From Myxococcota bacterium (GTDB taxonomy: Bacteria > Myxococcota_A > Polyangia > Nannocystales > Nannocystaceae), in the NCBI GenBank assembly GCA_039028615.1, contig JBCCHT010000032.1, positions 32,001 through 96,000 on the forward strand: 64,000 nt of DNA, given 5' to 3'. Shown here in pieces: positions 30,159 to 39,790 of this stretch. The first letter of the stretch is position 1. The number at the start of each line of letters is the position of its first letter. Below the pieces are notes generated by a model, which was not told the origin of the DNA, did not search any database, and saw only the letters and a program-made list of their open reading frames with translations. The translations under genes and the position numbers were made by a program.

Positions 30159-31952
30159 TCAGAGCCAGGCCGGATCGAGGTCCACGTAGGACTCGTCGTG
30201 CTTGCAGCGATGGGCGAGCACGCGGACCCGCGGGAGCTCGGCATCGAAGAAATGCGCCGCCGCGGCCAGCTTGCCGCGCAGGAACCCCTCGGAACCTCGA
30301 CCTGCCGCCAGCATGTGCGTGGCCGTGCTGGCTTGCTTGAGCCACTGCCAGGCCACCGCGATGGTGGAGAGCAGATCGAGGAAGTCGGTCGCGTGGGCGA
30401 GGGCCCCCGACAGGTCCTTGGGTGCCCGTGCACCGAGATGACCGACCACGCCGCTGGCTCGGCCCATGGCGTCGAGCAGCGCCGGCCCGAAGCGAGCGTC
30501 GACGCCGGCTTCTTCCGCGGCCCGCACGTCGGATTGGATCTGCTCGGCGAGCATGGCCAGCGAGCGCCCCTGCTCGCGAAGGACCTTGCGGCCCAGCAGG
30601 TCCAGGGCCTGGATCCCGGTGGTGCCCTCGTGGATGGTGTTGAGCTTCTGATCGCGCAGCCAGGCCTCGGGCAGGTACTCGCTGCTATAGCCGTAGCCGC
30701 CGTGGATCTGCAGCGCCAGGGCATTGGCGTCGAAGCCCCGCTCGGCGGGGAAGCTCTTGGTGATGGGCGTGATGAGGTCGAGCAGGGCCTGGGCGCGCTC
30801 GCGCTCCTTTTTGTCCTCGCCGTGGGCCACCACGTCGGCCCAGCGCGCGGCCTCCATCACCAGCGACAGCCCGCCCTCGACGATCGCCTTTTGTCGCACC
30901 AGCATGCGTCGCACGTCCGCGTGCTCGATGATCGGCACGGGGGCTCGCTTCGGGTCGCGGTCGCCGATGGGGCGCCCCTGCGGCCGGCCGCGCGCGTAGA
31001 GCAGAGACTCGTGATACGCGACCGAGGCCGTCGCGGTGGCGTTGAGGCCGACCATGATCCGCGCCTCGTTCATCATCTGGAACATGCAGGCCAGGCCGCG
31101 ATGCTCGGGGCCCACGAGCCACCCGTGACAGTCGCCGCGCTCACCGAAGTTCAGCGCCAGGCTGGGAAGTCCACGCCAGCCGATCTTGTGGATCGCCCCC
31201 GCGACGCTGACGTCGTTGTCGACCCACTGCCCGTCGTGCTCGCGGCGCTGCGGCACGGCGAACAGCGAGATCCCGGCCGTGCCCTCGGGCGCCCCTTCGA
31301 TGCGGGCCAGGGTCATGTTGACGACGTTGTCGGTGATCCCGTGGTCGGAGGCGGAGATGAAGATCTTCGAACCCGAGATCCGGTAGCTCCCGTCCGGCAT
31401 GGGGGTGGCCTTGGTGGTGATGTCGCCCAGGCTCGAGCCGGCCTGCGGCTCGGTGAGCGCCATGGTGCCCGTCCACCGCCCCTCGAGCATCGGCACCATG
31501 AAGCGCTCGCGGACCTCGTCGCTGCCGAAGCTCTCGACCAGGTGAGCCGCGCCGCGAGTCAGCCCGACGTAGCCGAACGCGCTCCCGTTGGCGGCCATGA
31601 GATACAGGTCGGCCGCGGTCGAGATCAGCAAGGGCAAGCACAGACCGCCGACCGACTCGGGTCGCGTCACGCTGAGCAGGCCGAGGTCGACCATGCGCGG
31701 CCAGATCTCGTGCATGGCGGAGTGAGCCAGGACCCGACCGTCTTCGAGGGCGGGCGGGGCCTCGTCCATCGGGCGGTACGCGGGCCACAAGGTCTCCCGG
31801 GCCAGGCGTCGCGAGCTTCCGATGAACAGGTCGAAGGTCTCGCGATCGTGCTCGCCGAACGCAGACAGCTGCGTCAGCGCCTCGGCATCGTGCACTTCAT
31901 AGAGCAGGAACTCGATGTCGCGATCGTCGACGAGCGGATTGGCGTCGGACAT
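30159..31952 (-). CDS. Acyl-CoA dehydrogenase (long, C-terminal-domain type)
   Basis: GTMALTEPQAGSSLG, GSKIFIS, HKIG, MFQMMNEAR, QIHGGYGY, IHEGTTGIQALDL. Confidence 0.95.
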   Translation of the reverse strand: MSDANPLVDDRDIEFLLYEVHDAEALTQLSAFGEHDRETFDLFIGSSRRLARETLWPAYRPMDEAPPALEDGRVLAHSAMHEIWPRMVDLGLLSVTRPESVGGLCLPLLISTAADLYLMAANGSAFGYVGLTRGAAHLVESFGSDEVRERFMVPMLEGRWTGTMALTEPQAGSSLGDITTKATPMPDGSYRISGSKIFISASDHGITDNVVNMTLARIEGAPEGTAGISLFAVPQRREHDGQWVDNDVSVAGAIHKIGWRGLPSLALNFGERGDCHGWLVGPEHRGLACMFQMMNEARIMVGLNATATASVAYHESLLYARGRPQGRPIGDRDPKRAPVPIIEHADVRRMLVRQKAIVEGGLSLVMEAARWADVVAHGEDKKERERAQALLDLITPITKSFPAERGFDANALALQIHGGYGYSSEYLPEAWLRDQKLNTIHEGTTGIQALDLLGRKVLREQGRSLAMLAEQIQSDVRAAEEAGVDARFGPALLDAMGRASGVVGHLGARAPKDLSGALAHATDFLDLLSTIAVAWQWLKQASTATHMLAAGRGSEGFLRGKLAAAAHFFDAELPRVRVLAHRCKHDESYVDLDPAWL

Positions 31953-32986
31953 GGTGCCTCCATACCAGAGGTCGCGCCGGTTAGATCTCCATCCGGCGGC
32001 ACACGAGGGTTTGTGTCGTAGAGGTGGTCGCGTCGTTTCGTCGTCGCGGAGCGTTGCCGAAAGGTGCTCGACGAACGCTTCACGCTTCGGTTTTCAGGCC
32101 ACCTTCGTGACCACGACGCAAGTGCTCAGCGAGTCGCCACCCGGGGTTCATGGGGGCAACTTCGGGCAGCGTTCGTGTCCCCTATCCTGAACCAAAGCAG
32201 CCGTTGAGGGATGTAAGCGCCACCACCGGGGGCGAGTCTGGGAGGCGGGTCTTCCCTTACTCGGACGTCCTGTTCCGGGAAACATGTCGCCACGAATTGT
32301 CGGGTACGGGACTTTTTGCCTCGGGGTATCGAGACCACACCCGAGCGACGAAATTTGTCGCTCTGTCGGCGACCTCGTCGCGAGGGAATCGAGTGCGAAC
32401 ACGGGGTCGCACTCGTCGATCGAAACCGTCGTCGATGCGCAAACCGGGTTCCGTTTCCGGCGCTCATGACACGCACTGGATTCGAGTGGAGCATTCGTCG
32501 ACGTGTCGAGGTTCGTGCACGACGATCGAGCATTAGCTTTGTGAGCAACGAAGCGGCGCTCGCCTGCATCGACACCGACGATGCGTTGGGTCTGACAGGA
32601 TTGTGAACGCAGAGCGCTCGTTCGCGATCACGACGGTGTCGATCGACGACCGCGAGTTCGTGATCGTGCTCGCCTCGCGAGGTCGGAGGCCCCTTCGAAC
32701 CCCCTCCAATCGGCCACGAAACACCCGCTTTGCTCAAGTTGCCGAAGATCGAGAGCGCTCGTTCGTTCGCACCTGCGTGCGCCCTGCTCTCGGAGTTTGG
32801 CAAAACGCGAAGAAACTTCGTTTCGTCTCCGACACCGACCGCCTTCCCAGATCAGGACCAGGCCCCCCGATGTTCGGATTTGTAGGGCCGACTCGGACGG
32901 TCAGTCGAAAGTCGGCCACGGTAGGGCAGCTTACATCTCCTGAACTGCCGCTTGGGCCAACGTTGGTGCCGACGAAACGTGGCCCA

Positions 32987-35536
32987 ATGACCTACCGCAA
33001 AAAGCTCTTTCCTGACTACCGACTTCCGGCACCCGCCGGCCTCTCCATGTTGTTTGTCCTCGCGTGCAGCACCGGCTGCCCCAGCGACGACATCCCCACC
33101 GTGACGTCCGGCGACGACACCACGACGACCGACGCCGCGACGACCACCGGCATTACTACCCTCCCCACTCAGAACACCACCGACGTTGCGACGACCGACG
33201 TAGCAACCGGTGGCATGGACACTACGACCGGTGGTGTCGACACCGAGGGCGAAGACACCACCGAAGGCGCGGACGAGTCCTCTTCCGGCGGTGACACCTG
33301 CGGCGACGGTGTCCTCGACGACGGCGAAGACTGCGACGGCGACGACCTCGGCGGTGCGGCCTGTACTGACCAGGGCTTCGTCGGCGGCGACCTTGCCTGT
33401 AACGACGACTGTACCTTCGACACCTCTGCCTGCACCGAGGCCATGTGTGGTGACGGCATCATCGAGGGTGACGAGGACTGCGAAGGCATGGACCTCGGCG
33501 GCGAGGACTGCCTCAGCCAAGGTATGGACGGCGGCATGCTCGGCTGTACGGCCGACTGCGAGTTCGACCTCATGGGCTGCTTCATGATCAGCTGCGGGGA
33601 CGACACGATTCAGCCCCCCGAGGTGTGTGACGGCACCGACCTCGGCGGCGCGGACTGTGTCTCCGAGGGCTTCGACGGCGGCATGCTCGGGTGCGACCCC
33701 ATGGGCATGTGCATGGCCTTCGACACCAGCGGCTGCTTCGTCTGTGGCGATGACACCGTGGGTGGCCCCGAGACCTGTGACGGCACCGACCTCAACGGTC
33801 AGGACTGCGTCAGCCAGGGCTTCGACGAGGGCACGCTGGCCTGTAACGCCGACTGCGGTGGCTACGACACCTCCGGTTGCGCGACCTGTGGCGACGATGC
33901 CATCGGCGGCACCGAGACCTGCGACGGTACCGACCTCGGCGGTCAGACCTGCGTCGGCCTCGGCTTCGGCGGCGGCACGCTGGCCTGTAACGCGGACTGC
34001 GGCACCTTCGACACGTCGGGCTGCACGATGGACGTCTGCGGCGACGGTGCGGTCACTGGCCCCGAGGTCTGTGACGGTGCGGACGTCGGCGGGGCGACCT
34101 GCGTCGGCGAGGGCTTCGACGACGGCGTCATCGCTTGTAACGCGACCTGCGACGGGCTCGACACTTCGGGCTGCTTCTCCTGTGGCGACGGCGTCGTCGG
34201 CGGAGCCGAGGAGTGCGACGGTGCCGACCTTGCGGGGGCCGATTGCGCTTCGCAGGGCTTCGGCGGAGGCGGCACGCTCGCCTGCGCGGCCGACTGTACC
34301 TTCGACACCGCGATGTGCATCCCGGGCGGTACCAGCACCACGGTCTGCTCGACGCCGGGTACCCCGGTTGGTCCCGACGCTGGCTCGGTCAACACCGACA
34401 CCATTGTCGTGCCCGCGGGCGGCGACTTCATCACCGACGTCAACGTGTTCGTCGACGCCAACCACACGTGGGTCGGCGACCTCGAGATCTCGGTCACTCA
34501 GGTCGAGAACAACGTGCCGGCTCTCATCATGGAGAACCCGTGCGGAAACCAGGACGACATCTTCGCCACGTTCGATCAGGATCTGGGCGCCGCGCCGGCC
34601 TGCGCTGGCGTGCCGGCCATCTCCGGTGACATCCTGCCCGATCCGGGCTCCCTCGATGTCTTCACCGGTATCCCCGACGGCGATACCACCTGGCAGCTCG
34701 ACATCCTCGACGAGGTTGGCGGCGACGGCGGCACGCTCAACGAGTGGTGTGTCACCATCGAGTACGGCCCCGATCCCACCGCGTGTGGCGACGGCGTTCT
34801 CACCTTCGGTGAGCAGTGCGAAGGTGCCGACCTCCAGGGCAACGACTGCGTCTCGCAGGGCTTCCCCGCTGGCGGCACGCTGGCCTGTGACGCGGTGACC
34901 TGTGGCTTCGACACTTCCGCGTGTGATGCGTCGGCCGGTGTCTGTGGCAACGGCATCCTCGAGAACGACGGCGTGACCTCCTTCGAGGATTGCGACGGCA
35001 ACGAAGGCATCGCGGGCAACAACTGCGAGGGCTTGGGCTTCGCGGGCGGCTCGCTCGACTGTGGCTTCCCGGCTTGTGGCTTCGACACCAGCGGCTGCTC
35101 CGACACGGTCATCGCTGCCTGTAACAACGGCCTGGGGCTCACCATCGACGGCGACCTGCCGCCGGTGGAGAACGTCATCAACCTCGCCGATGCCGGCAAC
35201 GTGGGCGACATCGACGTCTTCGTCGACGCCAACCACGCTTGGGTCGGTGACCTGGACATCACCCTCGTCAACGACACCACGGGCACCTCCGTCGACTTGT
35301 TCTTCGACCAGTGCACCCTGCAGGACGACGTCTGGGCGTTCTTCAACGACGAGGGCAACGGCCCGGCGGACTGCGTCGAGCCGTTCGCGCTCGAGGGCAA
35401 CGTCACTCCCGACAACCCGCTGTCGGCCTTCGATGGTGGTGCCATCGCGGGCGACTGGCGACTCGTGGTCGCGGATGACGCTGGTCCGGATGACGGCGTG
35501 CTCAACGGCTGGTGTGTCTACATCACGCCCGAGTGA
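32987..35536 (+). CDS. Cys-rich repeat surface lipoprotein with two proprotein-convertase P-like domains
   Basis: Lipobox (LACSTGC); Thr/Asp-rich linker; nine 'CGDG...E.CDG.DL.G..C...GF.GG.L.C..DC.FDTSGC' repeats; two 'DVNVFVDANH.WVGDL.I...W.L...D...D.G.LN.WC' domains. Confidence 0.88.
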   Translation: MTYRKKLFPDYRLPAPAGLSMLFVLACSTGCPSDDIPTVTSGDDTTTTDAATTTGITTLPTQNTTDVATTDVATGGMDTTTGGVDTEGEDTTEGADESSSGGDTCGDGVLDDGEDCDGDDLGGAACTDQGFVGGDLACNDDCTFDTSACTEAMCGDGIIEGDEDCEGMDLGGEDCLSQGMDGGMLGCTADCEFDLMGCFMISCGDDTIQPPEVCDGTDLGGADCVSEGFDGGMLGCDPMGMCMAFDTSGCFVCGDDTVGGPETCDGTDLNGQDCVSQGFDEGTLACNADCGGYDTSGCATCGDDAIGGTETCDGTDLGGQTCVGLGFGGGTLACNADCGTFDTSGCTMDVCGDGAVTGPEVCDGADVGGATCVGEGFDDGVIACNATCDGLDTSGCFSCGDGVVGGAEECDGADLAGADCASQGFGGGGTLACAADCTFDTAMCIPGGTSTTVCSTPGTPVGPDAGSVNTDTIVVPAGGDFITDVNVFVDANHTWVGDLEISVTQVENNVPALIMENPCGNQDDIFATFDQDLGAAPACAGVPAISGDILPDPGSLDVFTGIPDGDTTWQLDILDEVGGDGGTLNEWCVTIEYGPDPTACGDGVLTFGEQCEGADLQGNDCVSQGFPAGGTLACDAVTCGFDTSACDASAGVCGNGILENDGVTSFEDCDGNEGIAGNNCEGLGFAGGSLDCGFPACGFDTSGCSDTVIAACNNGLGLTIDGDLPPVENVINLADAGNVGDIDVFVDANHAWVGDLDITLVNDTTGTSVDLFFDQCTLQDDVWAFFNDEGNGPADCVEPFALEGNVTPDNPLSAFDGGAIAGDWRLVVADDAGPDDGVLNGWCVYITPE

Positions 35537-35601
35537 TGTAGGACCTGGGCTGCGAACCCGGGGCGCGTGAGCACCCCGGTTCGCCTCCCACCGGTCACAC
35601 G

Positions 35602-35633
35602 AAAAGAGGGGTGCAGCAGCACCCCTCTTTTTT
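35602..35633. terminator. Bidirectional rho-independent terminator
   Basis: AAAAGAGGGGTGC-agca-GCACCCCTCTTTTTT between convergent genes. Confidence 0.9.
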
Positions 35634-35659
35634 CTTTGGTTGGTCCGGACGCCGACGGT

Positions 35660-37378
35660 TCAGTCGGCCCGGTCTTCGCGGTGGCTGTGCACCGACACCC
35701 CTTCATCGGGCGTGGTGACGTTCATGAACGGCTTGCCCTTCTGGGCTTTGCCGACCACCCACCCTTCGCCGAGCATCAGCTCGAGCCCTTGTACGGCCTG
35801 CTGGAAGGTCTCTTGGGCCGTGCGGGGGTCCATGCGTTGCTCGAGGTTCTTTTTTACCGCCGCGAGCAGGTCGGGCACCCGCGGGTGATGGGGGATGAGC
35901 TGGGCGACCAGACCGATGGGCCCCACGAAGAGCAGGCGACGCCCCTTCTTGGTGAAGGACCGAATGCGCACGACCTCGCCGTTGCGGTAGTAGGGCACCT
36001 CTTCGCTCTCGGCGTCGCCGAGCGCGAGCTTGACCTTGTTGACCGACGAGGTCAGCCACTTGGCGTTCTCCCCGAGGAAGCGCTGCGTGACCTGCTTGAC
36101 GGAGGCGAGGTCGTAGCCGCCGACCATGGCCTGCCCGAGCACGTCGTTGGAGAAGCCACCCTGGGCCAGCCAGCGCCACGCCTTGGACGCGGTCATGGTG
36201 AGCCCCGCGTCCTTGGCGATCATGCGGCACTGCTCCTGGAGGTCGGAGAACTGGCCGTTGGTGGCGTACCAGAAGTCGGCGAAGCGAATGTGCTGCTTGA
36301 TGCGCGTGCGCTGGTTGTCGTCGTAGTGGCGCTGGAGCCACTCGACCTTGTGCTGGCCCTTGTGGATCGCGGCCAACGAGTAGGCCAGCTCGCGCGCGCC
36401 GACCTGGGTGAGGGTCATGCCCGCCGCGAGGATCGGGTCGGCAAAGCCGATGGCCTCACCCACCAGAAACCAGTTCTCGCCGTAGCTGCGGTCGGCCACG
36501 AAGGACCAGTCCTTGGTGGCCTTGGTCTCGCCGCGCGCCTTCGCGTCGGTGAGCAGCTGCTTGACCCGGGGCTCGAGCTCCAGGGCCTCGAGGTAGAGCT
36601 GCTCGAGCGTCTTGTCGCTGCCCTTGACGTAGTCGGCGGGCACGACGAGGCCGACGCTGGCGCGGGTGGGGGACACGGGGATGAACCACAGCCACCCGTA
36701 GGCGATGCTGAGCACCTGCACTCGGGTTCCGCCCACGCCGATGGTCTCGGCCCAGGTGGCGTTGTCCCAGTAGTCCCAGGCGGCGACGTTCTTGAGCGAG
36801 GAGGGGCAGTGGACAGAGACCCCCATGGCACGGCGAATGACGCCGGGGCCTCCCGAGGCATCGACGTACCAGCGGGCGGTCACCGTGCTGCCGTCGGCCA
36901 GCTCGAGGCCAGTGATGCGGTCCTCTTCGCGCTCGACTCGGACCACGCCGCACGATTGCCGGACCTCGCAGCCCAGGCGCTCCGCCTGGTTGAGCAGGAT
37001 CTCGTCGTAGACGGCGCGATCGACCTGGAACGCAGTGAGGTGCCGCTGGCCCTTGAATCGGGCGGGGCGTGGCTCGGGCTTGAGGTCGCCGTGGGGGATG
37101 AAGTCGAAGTCCCACAGGTCCTTCTCCCGACCCCAGCGCAGGGTGGCGCCGATCTTGATGGGGAAGTTGGCCTTCTCCACCTCTTCCCAGCAGCCCATCT
37201 CCTCGAGGATGTGGCCGATGGGGGGCAGCTGGCTCTCCCCGACGTGTTCGCGGGGGAACTGGTCGCGCTCGACGATGAGGACGCGGGCATCCGAGTACTT
37301 GCGGAGCAACGCTCCAGTGGTGCTGCCTCCCGGCCCACCTCCCACGATGATCACGTCGTAGTCGAATCCGTCTGCCAC
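35660..37378 (-). CDS. Flavin-dependent halogenase family protein
   Basis: GGGPGG FAD motif, FPREHVGES, F..K.G, QVDRA.YD, DASG, GWLWFIP (WxWxIP), GEA..F.DP. Confidence 0.85.
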   Translation of the reverse strand: MADGFDYDVIIVGGGPGGSTTGALLRKYSDARVLIVERDQFPREHVGESQLPPIGHILEEMGCWEEVEKANFPIKIGATLRWGREKDLWDFDFIPHGDLKPEPRPARFKGQRHLTAFQVDRAVYDEILLNQAERLGCEVRQSCGVVRVEREEDRITGLELADGSTVTARWYVDASGGPGVIRRAMGVSVHCPSSLKNVAAWDYWDNATWAETIGVGGTRVQVLSIAYGWLWFIPVSPTRASVGLVVPADYVKGSDKTLEQLYLEALELEPRVKQLLTDAKARGETKATKDWSFVADRSYGENWFLVGEAIGFADPILAAGMTLTQVGARELAYSLAAIHKGQHKVEWLQRHYDDNQRTRIKQHIRFADFWYATNGQFSDLQEQCRMIAKDAGLTMTASKAWRWLAQGGFSNDVLGQAMVGGYDLASVKQVTQRFLGENAKWLTSSVNKVKLALGDAESEEVPYYRNGEVVRIRSFTKKGRRLLFVGPIGLVAQLIPHHPRVPDLLAAVKKNLEQRMDPRTAQETFQQAVQGLELMLGEGWVVGKAQKGKPFMNVTTPDEGVSVHSHREDRAD

Positions 37379-37526
37379 GCCGCGAGTGTAGACGGGCGAT
37401 GTCCCAATGAACATTGGCTAGCTCTCGTCTCGAACGACGGAAATGAGCGAGGTTGCGCCCTGGGCGCGGGAGCGCGGCGTCCGAGTGCGAAACCGTTCGG
37501 CATTCCCAGGCATACTCCAGGCAACG

Positions 37527-38162
37527 ATGCGAATCCTCCTCGGTCTCGTCTGTCTGGTGCCTTTTGCGTGCTCGTCTCCCGTCTCCGATTCCTCGGCCAC
37601 GGCCGAGCCAGCGTCCGCATCGGCGGCACCCGTGGCCGCGGCCGAGCCCGCGGTCAAGACCGAGGCCGAAAAGCGCGAGCAGGTGGCCTACTTCGCGGGG
37701 GGCTGCTTCTGGGGCGTCGAGCACTACCTCGAGCAAATGGACGGGGTGGCCAGCGTCGAGTCCGGCTATATGGGCGGGCACGTGGAGTCGCCCACCTATC
37801 AGCAGGTCTCGAGCCAGACCTCCGGGCACCTCGAGACGGTCGAGGTTCGCTTCGACGCCAATCGGGTGAGCTACTACGACGTCGCCCAGCGCTTCTTCGA
37901 GATCCACGACCCCACACAGGCCAACGGTCAGGGGCCCGACATCGGGCCCGAGTACCTGTCGGTGGTGTTCTATGCCGATGAAGCGCAGAAGAAGGACACC
38001 GAGACCCTCATCGGCCTGCTGCGCCAACGGGGCTACGACGTGGTGACCACCGTGCGCAAGGCGGAGAAGTTCTGGCCGGCCGAGGACTACCACCAGGACT
38101 ACTACGCGAACTCGGGCAAGAAGCCGTATTGCCACGCGCGGGTCCGTCGCTTCGACGATTGA
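37527..38162 (+). CDS. msrA: Peptide-methionine (S)-sulfoxide reductase MsrA, lipoprotein
   Basis: FAGGCFWG, SGYMGG, GHLETV, HDPTQ..QGPD.G..Y, FWPAEDYHQDY, PYCH; PFAC lipobox. Confidence 0.95.
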   Translation: MRILLGLVCLVPFACSSPVSDSSATAEPASASAAPVAAAEPAVKTEAEKREQVAYFAGGCFWGVEHYLEQMDGVASVESGYMGGHVESPTYQQVSSQTSGHLETVEVRFDANRVSYYDVAQRFFEIHDPTQANGQGPDIGPEYLSVVFYADEAQKKDTETLIGLLRQRGYDVVTTVRKAEKFWPAEDYHQDYYANSGKKPYCHARVRRFDD

Positions 38163-38257
38163 AGCAGGCCCCGCGGGCCGCCGCCACGGGAGGCCCCACA
38201 CGGGCCGTGGTAGCCCGAATTCACGCCATCGACCGCGGAGTCTGCTAACACGCGGTC

Positions 38258-39733
38258 GTGTCCGATCTGCGACTGCGGGTGCTCGATGATCGACCGGTCG
38301 ATCCCAAGGGACGCTACGTCCTGTACTGGATGATCGCGGCCCGACGCACCCGCTTCAACTTCGCGCTTCAGCACGCGCTGCAGTGGGCGAAGCGCCTGGG
38401 CCGACCCTTGCTGATCTTCGAGCCGCTGCGGGCCGGCTACGCGTGGGCGGCGGATCGACACCACGCCTTCGTGATCCAGGGCATGGCCGACCACGCGGCG
38501 CGGCTGTCTCGGCTCGGCGTGCGGTACCTGCCCTATCTCGAGCCGAAGCCGGGGGCTGCCCGAGGGCTGCTGCGGGCGCTCGCCGAGTCGGCGGCGGTGG
38601 TGGTGACCGACGACTCGCCGGCGTTCCACTATCCCCGCATGCTCCGGGCCGCGGCCGCGCAGGTCGAGTGTCGGCTGGAGGCCATCGACGGCAACGGGTT
38701 GCTGCCCCTGCGCGCACCCGACCGCGACTTCACGCGGGCGCACTCCTTTCGGGCCTATCTGCAGCGGGAGCTCCCGGCGCATCTCGAGCGCTTGCCGGTC
38801 GTCGATCCGCTCGCAAAGTACGACCTGGGGGCCGCCACCATCCCGCGTACGGTGTTGCAGCGGTGGCCGGGCGTGAGCGCGGCGGCCCTACGCGAGCCCG
38901 CGCGCCTGGTGGCCGCGCTGCCTCTCGATCGCGAGCCCGACATCGTCGAGGGAGTCTCGGGCGGGGAGGTCGCGGGAGCCCGCCGTCTCGAAGCCTTCGT
39001 GGCGGATCGGCTGGCGAACTACGGCTCGGCTCGCAACCACCCCGACGACGAGGACTCGGGCAGCGGCCTGTCTCCTCACCTTCATTTCGGTCACGTGGGG
39101 GCGCACCAGGTCTTCCACGCCATCTGCCGCCGCGAAGGGTGGAGCCCGGCGTCGCTCGGTCCTCCGCAGGGCGGCTCACGAGGCGGCTTCTGGGGCATGA
39201 GCGAGGCGGCGGAGGCCTTCGTCGATCAGTTCGTGACGTGGCGAGAGATGGGCTACGTCATGAACCTCCGCGACCCCGATTTCCATCGCTTCGAGTCGCT
39301 GCCTCCGTGGGCGCGGAAGACCATGGCCGAGCACGCCAAGGATCCGCGACCGTCGCTGTACACCACGGCGCAGCTCGAGAACGCGGAGACCTACGACCCG
39401 CTGTGGAACGCGGCGCAGCGTCAGCTCCGCGTCGAAGGACGGATCCACAACTATCTGCGGATGCTGTGGGGCAAGAAGATCTACGAGTGGTCGGCCAGCG
39501 GCGAGGAGGCCTTCACCCGGCTCGTCGAGCTCAACGATCGCTGGGCGCTGGACGGGCGCGACCCCAACACTCTGTCGAGCATCGGCTGGGTGCTGGGCCG
39601 CTTCGACCGGGCCTGGGGCCCCGAGCGGCCCATCTTCGGCAAGCTGCGCTACATGAGCTCGGACAGCGCGCGTCGCAAGCTTCGGCTCACCCAGTACCTG
39701 CAGCGCTGGAGCGACCAGACCTCCATGTTTTGA
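38258..39733 (+). CDS. phrB: Deoxyribodipyrimidine photolyase, class II CPD type
   Basis: YVLYWM..R...NFAL, SGLSPHLHFGH, T.D.LWNAAQ, IHNYLRMLWGKKI.EW, LDGRDPN, DRAWGPERPIFGKLRYM. Confidence 0.92.
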   Translation: MSDLRLRVLDDRPVDPKGRYVLYWMIAARRTRFNFALQHALQWAKRLGRPLLIFEPLRAGYAWAADRHHAFVIQGMADHAARLSRLGVRYLPYLEPKPGAARGLLRALAESAAVVVTDDSPAFHYPRMLRAAAAQVECRLEAIDGNGLLPLRAPDRDFTRAHSFRAYLQRELPAHLERLPVVDPLAKYDLGAATIPRTVLQRWPGVSAAALREPARLVAALPLDREPDIVEGVSGGEVAGARRLEAFVADRLANYGSARNHPDDEDSGSGLSPHLHFGHVGAHQVFHAICRREGWSPASLGPPQGGSRGGFWGMSEAAEAFVDQFVTWREMGYVMNLRDPDFHRFESLPPWARKTMAEHAKDPRPSLYTTAQLENAETYDPLWNAAQRQLRVEGRIHNYLRMLWGKKIYEWSASGEEAFTRLVELNDRWALDGRDPNTLSSIGWVLGRFDRAWGPERPIFGKLRYMSSDSARRKLRLTQYLQRWSDQTSMF

Positions 39734-39790
39734 GGCCACCGCCACGAACATGCGCGGCGATGGCCTCCTTCTGCGGACCCGAGCGCAGCG

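Noticed and set aside
32030..32075. GAAA-loop hairpin suggestive of a c-di-GMP riboswitch
   Set aside because: The remaining conserved elements of that riboswitch were not found.
33290..34320. Tandem approx. 150-bp repeats
   Set aside because: Coding Cys-rich protein repeats; the same applies to 40950-42200 and 43240-43920.
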